A DNA stretch of 64,000 nucleotides from Candidatus Woesearchaeota archaeon. GTDB taxonomy: Archaea > Nanobdellota > Nanobdellia > SCGC-AAA011-G17 > GW2011-AR20. Below, piece by piece: positions 44,134-52,954 of the stretch. The first letter of the stretch is position 1; every line of letters begins with the position of its first letter. The notes beneath the pieces are model-generated. The model saw only the letters and a list, made by a program, of their open reading frames with translations, ran no database searches and was not told where the DNA came from. The DNA is taken from NCBI GenBank assembly GCA_018303025.1, contig JAGVYZ010000018.1, forward strand, positions 5,250-69,249, read 5' to 3'. A program made the position numbers and the translations under genes.

Positions 44134-44679
44134 TTACTGACCTACAAATAAGTAATATCTATCTTCATTATTTAATTCAGCTAGAATTCTTCTTTTAACT
44201 GTTTTTTCAGGATCAGGCATTAATTTAACTCTATTCCTTATGTCTTCAAAACTTTCAAATAATTTCTCATCTCTTTGTTCAATAACTTCCCACATATGCT
44301 TCTTTCCAACACCAGGCAATAATTCAAGCTGGTGCATTCTAGTGCTTAATGGTCCGCATTTATTAAAAAATGAAACAAACTTAGCTTCATTTTCTTTAAT
44401 AATCTCCTCAATAATAATATCTAACTCATGTTTGGCAGTAGAAGTTAATTTAGTATAAGGAATTCTTCCAATAATATGATGTACCTGGTCTCTTTTTCCA
44501 TCCCCAATATAAACTTCATCATGAGGCTGTAAAAATATATCTTTTTTAGGAACTAACTCTAAAAGAATAAAATTTGTTCTACCAACAGCCTGTACAATAG
44601 GCATTTTTCTGAAAGAAGGATCTAATGGATAACCATTCTGTAAAAAGTCTAATACTAGGGCGTTTTCTTCTTTTATCAT
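44134..44679 (-). CDS. DUF655 family RNA-binding protein (OB-like + helix-hairpin-helix)
   Basis: ALVLDFLQNGYP..., ...HQLELLPGVGKKHMWEVIEQR; usual archaeal position next to RpoF/L21e. Confidence 0.75.
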   Translation of the reverse strand: MIKEENALVLDFLQNGYPLDPSFRKMPIVQAVGRTNFILLELVPKKDIFLQPHDEVYIGDGKRDQVHHIIGRIPYTKLTSTAKHELDIIIEEIIKENEAKFVSFFNKCGPLSTRMHQLELLPGVGKKHMWEVIEQRDEKLFESFEDIRNRVKLMPDPEKTVKRRILAELNNEDRYYLFVGQ

Positions 44680-44697
44680 TTTTTATTGTAGTAATTT

Positions 44698-45024
44698 TCA
44701 TTTCTTTATTGCTGTAAGTATCTTTTGCATGTTTTCTTGACTCAAAGTTATATTCTCTCCAACAAACAAAGCATTTACGCTTTCTAGGTCTTTTGGCATT
44801 ATGTCTATAATCTTCACTACATGTCTATCCTTTAATCTTGGAATCTGTAATTTCTCTATTTCTTCTTTTACTTTTTTATAGTCTACTTTCTCTAATAATA
44901 GATTATCATGAGTTTTCAAAGCTCTTTCGCTTAATTCCTTGTCTCTCTTCTTTACAGTATCCAAAAACTCTTTAACTTCATACTTAGTTACTGGTTTTTC
45001 TTCTATTATTTCTATGTCTAACAT
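44698..45024 (-). CDS. rpoF: DNA-directed RNA polymerase subunit F (Rpo4)
   Basis: 108 aa; ...HVVKIIDIMPKDLESVNALF...; conserved L21e-RpoF-DUF655 neighbourhood. Confidence 0.65.
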   Translation of the reverse strand: MLDIEIIEEKPVTKYEVKEFLDTVKKRDKELSERALKTHDNLLLEKVDYKKVKEEIEKLQIPRLKDRHVVKIIDIMPKDLESVNALFVGENITLSQENMQKILTAIKK

Positions 45025-45308
45025 TTTTTTAAGTGAATAGGATGTGATATTAATACTTTTGTTTTTCCACCATCTTTAATTTGAACTTCATAGCAAGCGC
45101 CTTTTTTGCCTACAACTTTTCCTTGCAATCCATGAAATCTAGGATGAAACATTCCTCTTTGAACAGTAGGATTAGCAACTAAATAAACACTTTCTCCAAT
45201 ATTAAAAACCTGGAAATACTTGCTTACACTTAACTTTCCTGACTCTCTAGCTTTCTTTCTAAGCTTGCTTCTTGTTTTCCTTCTTGCTCCACCCATTCGT
45301 TTTGTCAT
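45018..45308 (-). CDS. rpl21e: 50S ribosomal protein L21e
   Basis: MTKRMGGARRKTRSKLRK...GMFHPRFHGLQGKVVG; start moved to ATG 45308. Confidence 0.9.
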   Translation of the reverse strand: MTKRMGGARRKTRSKLRKKARESGKLSVSKYFQVFNIGESVYLVANPTVQRGMFHPRFHGLQGKVVGKKGACYEVQIKDGGKTKVLISHPIHLKKC

Positions 45309-45330
45309 ATTATTAACCTCAAAAATTCTT

Positions 45331-45639
45331 TTATAAATCTTTCTCAATCTCAGAAACAACAGCACTTAAACTGGAATTTAAGGCAAAAAAGAGATTAAAA
45401 TTAGTATTTTCAGCATTATACTTCTTTCCATTAATAATAGCTTTTGCAGTTATCTCACTCTCAGAATTATGAACAGATTTGATATGAACACTTAAATTCT
45501 CAAATTTATCGCTCTTTTCCTGCAATTTTTTGGCAAAATTACCAACAACTTTCTTAACAACAATCAATTTAGAAGGGTCTACATCCCTGAAGCCAACTAA
45601 AGTTATTTTCCCGCCCAGTTCCAATGTATTCTCATCCAT
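45331..45639 (-). CDS. hypothetical protein (weak resemblance to S30AE/HPF-type ribosome-associated factors)
   Basis: 102 aa; ...ITAKAIINGKKYNAENTNFNLFFALNSSLSAVVSEIEK; assignment weak. Confidence 0.35.
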   Translation of the reverse strand: MDENTLELGGKITLVGFRDVDPSKLIVVKKVVGNFAKKLQEKSDKFENLSVHIKSVHNSESEITAKAIINGKKYNAENTNFNLFFALNSSLSAVVSEIEKDL

Positions 45640-45696
45640 ATAAAAGTAATATAATTCTGTTTATTATAAACCTTTGTTTTTATTTGAAAGAAACAA

Positions 45697-46110
45697 CTAG
45701 GCAACTTGTTCAACTCTCTCTTGAAGTCCTAATCTTGCTATCTCGTCTCTCATTCTTCTATGATATTGGGCTATAACTTCATGTTCACCATTTAAAAAAG
45801 TAAAAGTTCCATCCCCCCTACAAACGCCTACAGGTAATGCTTCAGAAAGCCTATCTAATATAACACCAGGATAATTTACCTTAGGAGAAAACATATTAAA
45901 CATTCCTCGACCATGTAATTCCGCAAGAGAAACTTGAAGCCCTGCATCACGATACTGCGGAAAAACAGATAAACATATATCTTCAGGTGCTCTCATTCTG
46001 GAAGTTTTAGGGTCAAAAATCAAAAAAGTATTCCACATAGTTCCTAAATTACATGCTTCCAAAACTCTTGTTGCTTCTTCTCCATCTTTAAATCTATAAG
46101 TTTCAAACAT
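45697..46110 (-). CDS. hypothetical protein (orphan)
   Basis: 137-aa ORF with TTTAAA box about 30 nt upstream; no family recognised. Confidence 0.45.
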   Translation of the reverse strand: MFETYRFKDGEEATRVLEACNLGTMWNTFLIFDPKTSRMRAPEDICLSVFPQYRDAGLQVSLAELHGRGMFNMFSPKVNYPGVILDRLSEALPVGVCRGDGTFTFLNGEHEVIAQYHRRMRDEIARLGLQERVEQVA

Positions 46111-46156
46111 ATAATTAATAATAAGAAAAAGTTTAAATTCTTATCTAAAACAACTC

Positions 46157-46492
46157 TTAACTAACCTTCATCTCTTTTAAGTATTTATCAACTAACTCAT
46201 CAACAAGTAAAAGATTTATATTTTCATAACCCTTGTTTATTCTTAATTTTAGCTCAGAATTAACTTTGTTTATGATTTTTCTTTTAATTTCTTCAATATC
46301 CGTTTCAGGCAAACTCCTGTTTACAGGATTTATCTTTTCCCTGTATTTTTTTGCAATTTCACTGCTATTCCTGATTTCTTTATTATAGGCTTGGGAGATC
46401 TCTTCTTTATCTATTGCCTTTTCAAGAACTTCATGAATAACTGCATTTGCAAGATTTGAGATAAATGCCTCAGTAAGTTTGTTTCTGTTCAT
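46157..46492 (-). CDS. hypothetical helical protein
   Basis: 111 aa; the start codon follows a family B spacer element. Confidence 0.4.
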   Translation of the reverse strand: MNRNKLTEAFISNLANAVIHEVLEKAIDKEEISQAYNKEIRNSSEIAKKYREKINPVNRSLPETDIEEIKRKIINKVNSELKLRINKGYENINLLLVDELVDKYLKEMKVS

Positions 46493-46540
46493 TTTTCTTT
46501 TTCCCTTGAGGCTTTTTCTTAAAAAGGCTCATTCTGTTCA
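46493..46540 (-). repeat. family B hairpin element spanning a stop codon and spacer
   Basis: Sense AATGAGCCTTTTTAAGAAAAAGCCTCAAGGGAAAAAGAAAAATG; its first part encodes ...NEPF* of the upstream gene; core 46508-46530. Confidence 0.8.
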
Positions 46541-47325
46541 TTTATTTTCTCCAAAATAGTCTTAAAGGTTTTATTATAAACTTCCTTATATTTCTTTAAA
46601 AAATCATTTTTAACCATATTTTCCTTTAATTCATTTATATTAATCTTACATAATTCTTCAATTTTTTTATTAACTATTTCTCTATTTAGTTTTTTCCCAG
46701 AAATAAATAAAAGAATAGCTACCATATTAAAAGTCAGATAATATTTTTCTTTCCCATTCAAAAGCTCAAAACCATCAATTAAAGATTTGCTTTTTAATAA
46801 ATTCAAATCAAGAAGCTTATAATTAATGTTTCTTTTAATCCTAAATATAATCCTTTCTTTAGAAACACATTTGCTTAGCATTAAACTATATAATGGGTCT
46901 ATTGATAAACCCGAAAGCAGTTCATTTTTACTAATTACAATAATATGGGTTTTTATTCCAGTTAAACTTTCTATCTTATTTTTAATTAAGCTTACATCAA
47001 TTTTTTTATCATCAATAATCAATATATCCAAGTCATTAAAACTAAATCCTTTTTCAAGAAAAGAGCCAGTAATAATTATATTCTCAGGATTAATCTCTTT
47101 ATTAACCAAATTAAAAACTTCTTCAATTATTCTTGTTTTTATTGGTTCAAGATTTTTTACATTGTAAAAATAAGGCTTAATTCTTTTTCCATCTTCCTTC
47201 TCAGAATTTAATCTTTCCAAAGGCATTATTGTAACATACTGCCCAATAGAAAAACCAGCCCTGTTTTTTGGAATGTAAACCTGGTCCATTCTGCTCCCTT
47301 TGCTTATTCTGCTTATAATTTCCAT
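46519..47325 (-). CDS. nucleotidyltransferase-domain protein with N-terminal AbrB/SpoVT-like segment
   Basis: MDQVYIPKNRAGFSIGQYVTIMPL (AbrB-like, tentative); minimal NTase motif ITGSFLEKGFSFNDLDILIIDD. Confidence 0.55.
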   Translation of the reverse strand: MEIISRISKGSRMDQVYIPKNRAGFSIGQYVTIMPLERLNSEKEDGKRIKPYFYNVKNLEPIKTRIIEEVFNLVNKEINPENIIITGSFLEKGFSFNDLDILIIDDKKIDVSLIKNKIESLTGIKTHIIVISKNELLSGLSIDPLYSLMLSKCVSKERIIFRIKRNINYKLLDLNLLKSKSLIDGFELLNGKEKYYLTFNMVAILLFISGKKLNREIVNKKIEELCKININELKENMVKNDFLKKYKEVYNKTFKTILEKINEQNEPF

Positions 47326-47345
47326 ATTACGTAATATTACGTAAT
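47326..47345. promoter_or_regulatory. two tandem copies of the 10-bp palindrome ATTACGTAAT between TATA box and start codon (candidate operator)
   Basis: attacgtaatattacgtaat abuts ATG 47325; TTAAATATAA lies just upstream in gene orientation. Confidence 0.55.
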
Positions 47346-47392
47346 TATATTTAAGCTTTTTGGTTTAAGTAAATTAAAGAAAAAACCAATTT

Positions 47393-48064
47393 TTAATAAT
47401 CAATAATTGCTAATCCGACTCTTTGTATTAAATCGCCTCTTTGTAAATCTTTTTTCCCTCTTTGATTTAGAATAATAATATTTTCTAATTTTTTTAAAAA
47501 ACCTAAAAATTCAATATCATTACAAAATTCTCTTTCAACTTCAAATATTTGTTCAAAAGTCATAGAATTATTTTCTTGCCTTTTTAAAAATTGTTCACAT
47601 CTTTCTTCAGAACCTTCAATAGGCATATTTATTCTTTTAATTCTTACAATCTCCTTTGGTGTTAATTTACTTTCTTCTATTCTTTTTTTCATATGAAAAT
47701 ACCCCAAAATCTCATGCAAAGTTGGTTCTTCAAAATATTCTTGAATATATCCAATATGATTTCCTACAGGGAAAAAATTGGGATTAAATAATTCATAACT
47801 GAAAGGTTCATATCCTCTTCTCTTAAAATAATCAATTAATCTTTCATAATATCCTTGAGCTTGTCTAGCATGACCAACATGAGCCTCTCTTTTAAAAACT
47901 AGACCATTATTATCATCTACACCAACAACAAGAGGACTTATAACATAATGCCCATGTCCCCTATTAACTCTTTTAAAACCAACACCCCTTTGTATATCAT
48001 CATAAAAAGCTCTTGCTCTTTCTTCAAAACCTAATTCTCTACTTGCAATTTTTGTAATTAACAT
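47393..48064 (-). CDS. hypothetical protein (orphan)
   Basis: 223-aa ORF, His/Arg/Gly-rich N-terminal half; no family recognised. Confidence 0.45.
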   Translation of the reverse strand: MLITKIASRELGFEERARAFYDDIQRGVGFKRVNRGHGHYVISPLVVGVDDNNGLVFKREAHVGHARQAQGYYERLIDYFKRRGYEPFSYELFNPNFFPVGNHIGYIQEYFEEPTLHEILGYFHMKKRIEESKLTPKEIVRIKRINMPIEGSEERCEQFLKRQENNSMTFEQIFEVEREFCNDIEFLGFLKKLENIIILNQRGKKDLQRGDLIQRVGLAIIDY

Positions 48065-48114
48065 TTTCTATTTAAATTCTAAAAATAAAATATATTTAAA
48101 TCTATCTTTTTTAA

Positions 48115-49824
48115 CTACTTTAAAATTATAACAGCTTTGCTCATATAAACACCATCATAATCATAACCTAGTTTTTTATAATAGCCCTTAACACCAATAC
48201 CAGAAATAACTAATATTTTCTTTTTGTTATGTTTCAAGCAAATCTCTTCAGCTTTTTTAACAAGCATTTTCCCAAAACCATGATGTTGTATTTCACCTTT
48301 CTCGCCTAACTTAACTGATTTCCCATAAACATGCAACTCTCTTATTATCCCAGAATCTAAAGTAATCTCTTTCCTTAAACTCTCATTAACAAATCTTAAT
48401 CTGCAAAATCCAATTATTTTGTCATTAGCATCAATAGAAATAAAAAACTCTTTCCCACAAGAAGCATTATATTCTAAAACATTTAAGTTATAATTAGAAA
48501 TATCACAATTTTTAATTTCTCTGCATCTTATGCATTTACATTTGATTTTCTTCTTTAACATTAAAGCATTAACATATTGTCTTAAGTTTGTTTTATTCAC
48601 CCCATCAATAATTCCCTTGCTGATATCTCTCTGTATTCTCATTATTCTAACATATCTTGGAACATCTCGTTTAAATTCAGAAATAACTCCAGCAGCATCA
48701 TTAAGTTTCATGGGCTTGAACTTTTTATTCTTATAATCTTCATAAAGTTCAGTTCCAGGCATAACCAAGCAAGGATATATTTTCAGCATATCAGGCCTGT
48801 ATCTTTCATCAAAAAATAATTTTTTTAGACCAGAAATATCTTTTTTGATTGTCCAAGAAGGTAAGCCAAGCATATAATGTAAATTTATCTTAAACCCTAA
48901 ATTTTTCAATCTTTTAATAGCTTCAATACTTTCTTTGTTCAAATGCCCTCTTTTTACTTTTTTTAATTGACTGTCATAAACACTTTGTATCCCTAATTCA
49001 ACTCTAGTAACCCCATATTCAAGCATTTCATTACATTGTTTTAATGAACAACAATCAGGCCTTGTTTCAATAGTTAAACCGATGCACCTTACATTAGAAC
49101 TTTCATTTTTCAGTTGTTCTTTTTCTAGATTCAAATTTTCTTTTTTTAGATGCAAAACATTTTCTTTCACTTTTTCTATTCTTTCAGGACTTCTAAAATC
49201 CATACCTAATTCAAAAAACTTATAGAACTTCTCAAAATTAATCTCTACTCTGGTTTTTCTTTCTCCATGAAAGCTCTTTTCTAAAGAGGTTTCAAAGAAT
49301 AATTCTGAAAATTTATTAAAAGCAAAATAAATATCAGCAACAAATTCATCCTTATATTGTTTAGAAAAATTAGTAAAAGTCCCGCCCATAATAATAACAT
49401 CGCATTTTCCAATATCATGATTTAATAAGACATAATTCTCTAGCCTGTTAAAAATCTGTAAAACAGCATCATATTCATTTCTTTTAGCCCTCATAGAAGC
49501 AGGCTCATTTCCAGTATAAGATTTAGGAACATTTCCAAAAAAACTTTTCAATCCTCCTGGACAATAAACACATCTTGCTTGTTCAGGACATTTTCCAGGT
49601 TTAGTCATAATAGCAATAGGAGTAACCCCAGATAAGCTTCTCATTGGTTTTATTTTAATGTCTTTTAAGTCTCTTCTTTGTTCATTATTAGCATGAGAAA
49701 ATAATCTAATCAAATCAGGTAATCCTTTCAACTTATACTTTTTAGATAATTCAGTTCTCAATCTTAAAAGTTCACTTAAACTTTTTCCTTTTGCATTCTC
49801 AAAAAACTCTTCATAAAATTCCAT
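48115..49824 (-). CDS. elp3: Elp3-type radical SAM / GNAT tRNA modification enzyme
   Basis: CPEQARCVYCPGG cluster, LTIETRPD, C-terminal GNAT (HHGFGKMLV); start moved to ATG 49824 (MEFYEEF). Confidence 0.9.
   Translation of the reverse strand: MEFYEEFFENAKGKSLSELLRLRTELSKKYKLKGLPDLIRLFSHANNEQRRDLKDIKIKPMRSLSGVTPIAIMTKPGKCPEQARCVYCPGGLKSFFGNVPKSYTGNEPASMRAKRNEYDAVLQIFNRLENYVLLNHDIGKCDVIIMGGTFTNFSKQYKDEFVADIYFAFNKFSELFFETSLEKSFHGERKTRVEINFEKFYKFFELGMDFRSPERIEKVKENVLHLKKENLNLEKEQLKNESSNVRCIGLTIETRPDCCSLKQCNEMLEYGVTRVELGIQSVYDSQLKKVKRGHLNKESIEAIKRLKNLGFKINLHYMLGLPSWTIKKDISGLKKLFFDERYRPDMLKIYPCLVMPGTELYEDYKNKKFKPMKLNDAAGVISEFKRDVPRYVRIMRIQRDISKGIIDGVNKTNLRQYVNALMLKKKIKCKCIRCREIKNCDISNYNLNVLEYNASCGKEFFISIDANDKIIGFCRLRFVNESLRKEITLDSGIIRELHVYGKSVKLGEKGEIQHHGFGKMLVKKAEEICLKHNKKKILVISGIGVKGYYKKLGYDYDGVYMSKAVIILK
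49269..49293 (-). repeat. family B mismatch hairpin copy inside elp3
   Basis: Sense GAAACCTCTTTAGAAAAGAGCTTTC, translated ETSLEKSFH; outer stem compensated (GAAA/TTTC). Confidence 0.8.
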
Positions 49825-49900
49825 AAATAAAAGAAATAAACTGAATTTAAAAAGTTTGGTTTTAACAACCTTTAAAAACAACTTTTTCAGTATATAGTTC

Positions 49901-51712
49901 ATGTTAAACTTCAAAATAATAGTTCCAGATACAAGCATTTTAATAGAAAGAGCTTTGTCAGATAAAATAAAGAAAAAAGAATTAAGAACTTCAACAATTA
50001 TAATTCATGAAGCTGTTTTAGGTGAACTAGAGCATCAGGCAAATATAGGAAAAGCAATAGGTTACTTAGGTTTGGATGAAATAAAAGAATTAAATATATT
50101 AAGCAAAACAAACAGATTCAAATTAATTTACGCAGGAAGACGTCCTTCTTCAGCAGAAATAAAACATGCTTCTTTAGGTGAAATAGATTCATTAATTAGA
50201 GACTTAGCTTATGAAAAAAGAGCAGTTTTGGTTACAGGTGATAAAGTCCAGAGCAAAGTAGCAGAAGCAAAAAACATGCTCGTTCATTATATTGAACCAG
50301 TAATCACAATAAAAAAATCTTCTTTAGACAAATATTTTGATGAAATAACAATGTCAGTCCATTTAAGAGAAAGTTCTAAACCTTATGGAAAAAAAGGCTC
50401 GCCAGGAAACTGGAAATCAGTTGAATTGTCAGAAAAAGAATTAACAAAAGCAGAAGTAGAAGAATTATCCAAATCAATAATAGAAGAAGCAAAATCAAGG
50501 CAAGATGGTTTCATTGAAATGGAAAGAAGAGGTTCAACAATAGTCCAGCTAGGAAAATACAGAATAGTAATTACAAGACCTCCTTTCAGTGATGCATGGG
50601 AAATAACAGCAGTTCATCCAATAGTAAAATTAAACCTAGAAGATTATCATTTATCAGATAAATTATTTCAAAGAATTTCAGAACAGGCAGAAGGAGTTTT
50701 AATAGCAGGTGCACCAGGTGAAGGTAAAAGTACATGTGCAGCAGCAATAGCAGAATATTATGCTTCATTAAATAAAAATGTAAAAACAGTAGAATCACCT
50801 AGAGATTTAGACTTAAGCAATAAAATAACTCAATATTCATTAACCCAAGGGTCTATTCAGGAAATACATGATGTTCTATTATTATGCAGGCCAGATTATA
50901 CTATTTTTGATGAAATGAGAAACTTAGAAGATTTCAGGTTATTTACTGATTTGAGATTAGCTGGAATTGGTTTCTTAGGTGTAGTTCATGGAACAAATCC
51001 AATAGATGCAATTCAAAGATTCATAGGAAAAACAGAATTAGGTATTATTCCGCATATTATTGATACAGTCATTTTCATAAAAGCAGGACAAGTAAATAAA
51101 GTTTTAAGTTTAAACATGACAGTCAAAGTTCCTTCTGGAATGACAGAAGAAGATTTATCACGTCCAGTAATAGAAATAAAAGATTTTGAAACAAATAACT
51201 TAGAATATGAAATGTATTCTTATGGTGAAGAAACAGTTGTTATTCCAATTAAAAAAACAATTAAAAAATCAGGAGCGCATAATTTAGCTTCAAAACAAAT
51301 AGAATCAAGATTAAGAAAAATTTTCCCAGAATTAAAAGCAGAAGTTATTTCAGACCATAAAGCAATAGTTTACTTGCCTGAAAAAGACATTCCAGCAATA
51401 ATAGGAAAGCAAGGAAAAAATATTTCTCAAATAGAATCAGAATTAGGAATAAAAATTGAAGTGTCTTCTTATAAAAATAATTTAACAAAACAAGAGATAG
51501 AATATAGTTTAGATGAATCTCATAAATATATAACTTTAATTGTAAACAAAAATTTCATAGGAAGACATGTTGATGCTTATTATGATGATGAATATTTGTT
51601 TGGTGCAAATGTAGGTAAAAAAGGAGACATAAATTTGCACAAGAAAAGTGAAATAGGCAAAAAAATACTTTCTATATTCGATAAAAAGCATAAAATAAAG
51701 CTTTTAATATGA
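49901..51712 (+). CDS. PIN domain - PilT-like ATPase - KH domain protein
   Basis: N-terminal IVPDTSILIE PIN start, Walker A GAPGEGKST, C-terminal IPAIIGKQGKNISQIE KH motif. Confidence 0.8.
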   Translation: MLNFKIIVPDTSILIERALSDKIKKKELRTSTIIIHEAVLGELEHQANIGKAIGYLGLDEIKELNILSKTNRFKLIYAGRRPSSAEIKHASLGEIDSLIRDLAYEKRAVLVTGDKVQSKVAEAKNMLVHYIEPVITIKKSSLDKYFDEITMSVHLRESSKPYGKKGSPGNWKSVELSEKELTKAEVEELSKSIIEEAKSRQDGFIEMERRGSTIVQLGKYRIVITRPPFSDAWEITAVHPIVKLNLEDYHLSDKLFQRISEQAEGVLIAGAPGEGKSTCAAAIAEYYASLNKNVKTVESPRDLDLSNKITQYSLTQGSIQEIHDVLLLCRPDYTIFDEMRNLEDFRLFTDLRLAGIGFLGVVHGTNPIDAIQRFIGKTELGIIPHIIDTVIFIKAGQVNKVLSLNMTVKVPSGMTEEDLSRPVIEIKDFETNNLEYEMYSYGEETVVIPIKKTIKKSGAHNLASKQIESRLRKIFPELKAEVISDHKAIVYLPEKDIPAIIGKQGKNISQIESELGIKIEVSSYKNNLTKQEIEYSLDESHKYITLIVNKNFIGRHVDAYYDDEYLFGANVGKKGDINLHKKSEIGKKILSIFDKKHKIKLLI

Positions 51713-51779
51713 TTTTCTTAGAAACTTTTATAAAAGATTATTAGTTTAAAATAATATACTAAAAATCTTTTTTGTAACA

Positions 51780-52922
51780 ATGAAGAATAAATTAAAAGTT
51801 TCTATCGTAATATGTACTCGAGATAGGAACACCTATCTTAAGACTTGTATTGATTCTTTGTTAAAGCAAACTTATCTTCCAAAAGAAATTATTATAGTTG
51901 AAGACTGTTCAAATGAAGATGAAAATGTTTTCAAATTTTTCAAAAAAGAATTTTCAGACTTAAATTTTGAAATCAATAAAAATATCACCAATTTGTTCAA
52001 TTATAAAACAAAGATTATTTTGTTAAGAAATGAAAAACAGTCAGGTATTGTAAAATCCAGAAATCTGGGAATTAGAGTTGCAACAGGAGACATTATTGCT
52101 TTTTTAGATGATGATAGTTTTGCAAGAACAAACTGGATAAAAAATCTAGTAAAAAACTATACTAGCAATAAAATAGTTGGTGTTGGTGGTCCTTTCATTG
52201 AAATAGGAAGAAAAGTAGCACCAGTAACTAAACCAGTTAAAAGAGTCTCATATTTTTCAAAAAAAGAGGGAAGAATGATTATTAACTACAAACTGCAAAA
52301 TCTTTTCCAAAGGCATTTTCTTCCAAAAACAAATGTTAAAATATTATTGGGTGGTAACATGTCTTTCAGAAGAGATACTTTATTGAAAGTTCACGGTTAT
52401 GATTCAAGATACACTGGAAATGCATATCATGAAGAAACAGATACTTCATTAAGAATTTCAAAATTAGGAAAAATCATATTTGATCCAAATGTTATTAATT
52501 ACCACAATACAGCTAAAAAAGGAGGAAATAGAGAAATTGAAAAGTTTATTTTAGATAATTTCTTATTTTATTTGTTTAGAAATACAGCATTTTTCTTTTT
52601 AAAACATTTTGGGGCAATAACAGGTTTTAAATTATTAAAAAATCTAGTTAAAAGACAAATCAACTTTTTAAAGCACAGACAAACAGGTTCATCAAGAACC
52701 TATTTTAAAGTAGACAGTATAAAAAAATCAATTTATACTGTTCTAAAAGGTTCAATAATAGGCTTATATGTCTGGTTCATAAATAGAAAAAGAGAAGTTA
52801 GATTCATTTTCGCAAATCCCTCAAAAATAGAAGCATATAAGTTTGTAATAATAGGTCCCACAATAAAGATTATAATGCTTGAACAAAAAACCAATTTCTT
52901 GAAAAAAATGTTCGGGTTATAA
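51780..52922 (+). CDS. family 2 glycosyltransferase with C-terminal membrane segment
   Basis: VSIVICTRDR, FLDDDS (DxD), GGNMSFRR. Confidence 0.8.
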   Translation: MKNKLKVSIVICTRDRNTYLKTCIDSLLKQTYLPKEIIIVEDCSNEDENVFKFFKKEFSDLNFEINKNITNLFNYKTKIILLRNEKQSGIVKSRNLGIRVATGDIIAFLDDDSFARTNWIKNLVKNYTSNKIVGVGGPFIEIGRKVAPVTKPVKRVSYFSKKEGRMIINYKLQNLFQRHFLPKTNVKILLGGNMSFRRDTLLKVHGYDSRYTGNAYHEETDTSLRISKLGKIIFDPNVINYHNTAKKGGNREIEKFILDNFLFYLFRNTAFFFLKHFGAITGFKLLKNLVKRQINFLKHRQTGSSRTYFKVDSIKKSIYTVLKGSIIGLYVWFINRKREVRFIFANPSKIEAYKFVIIGPTIKIIMLEQKTNFLKKMFGL

Positions 52923-52954
52923 AAGCTTATAAAAAGAAAGTTGTTAATATCTAA

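Noticed and set aside
13384-48064. Interpreting the scattered orphan ORFs (13384, 15704, 16050, 21017, 23557, 26118, 30757, 31139, 38197, 43611, 45697, 47393) as recent horizontal transfers from a GC-richer donor
   Set aside because: Their amino-acid composition differs from their neighbours. Their codon choice (AGA for Arg, TTA for Leu, A/T at third positions) looks native, so composition alone does not support recent transfer.
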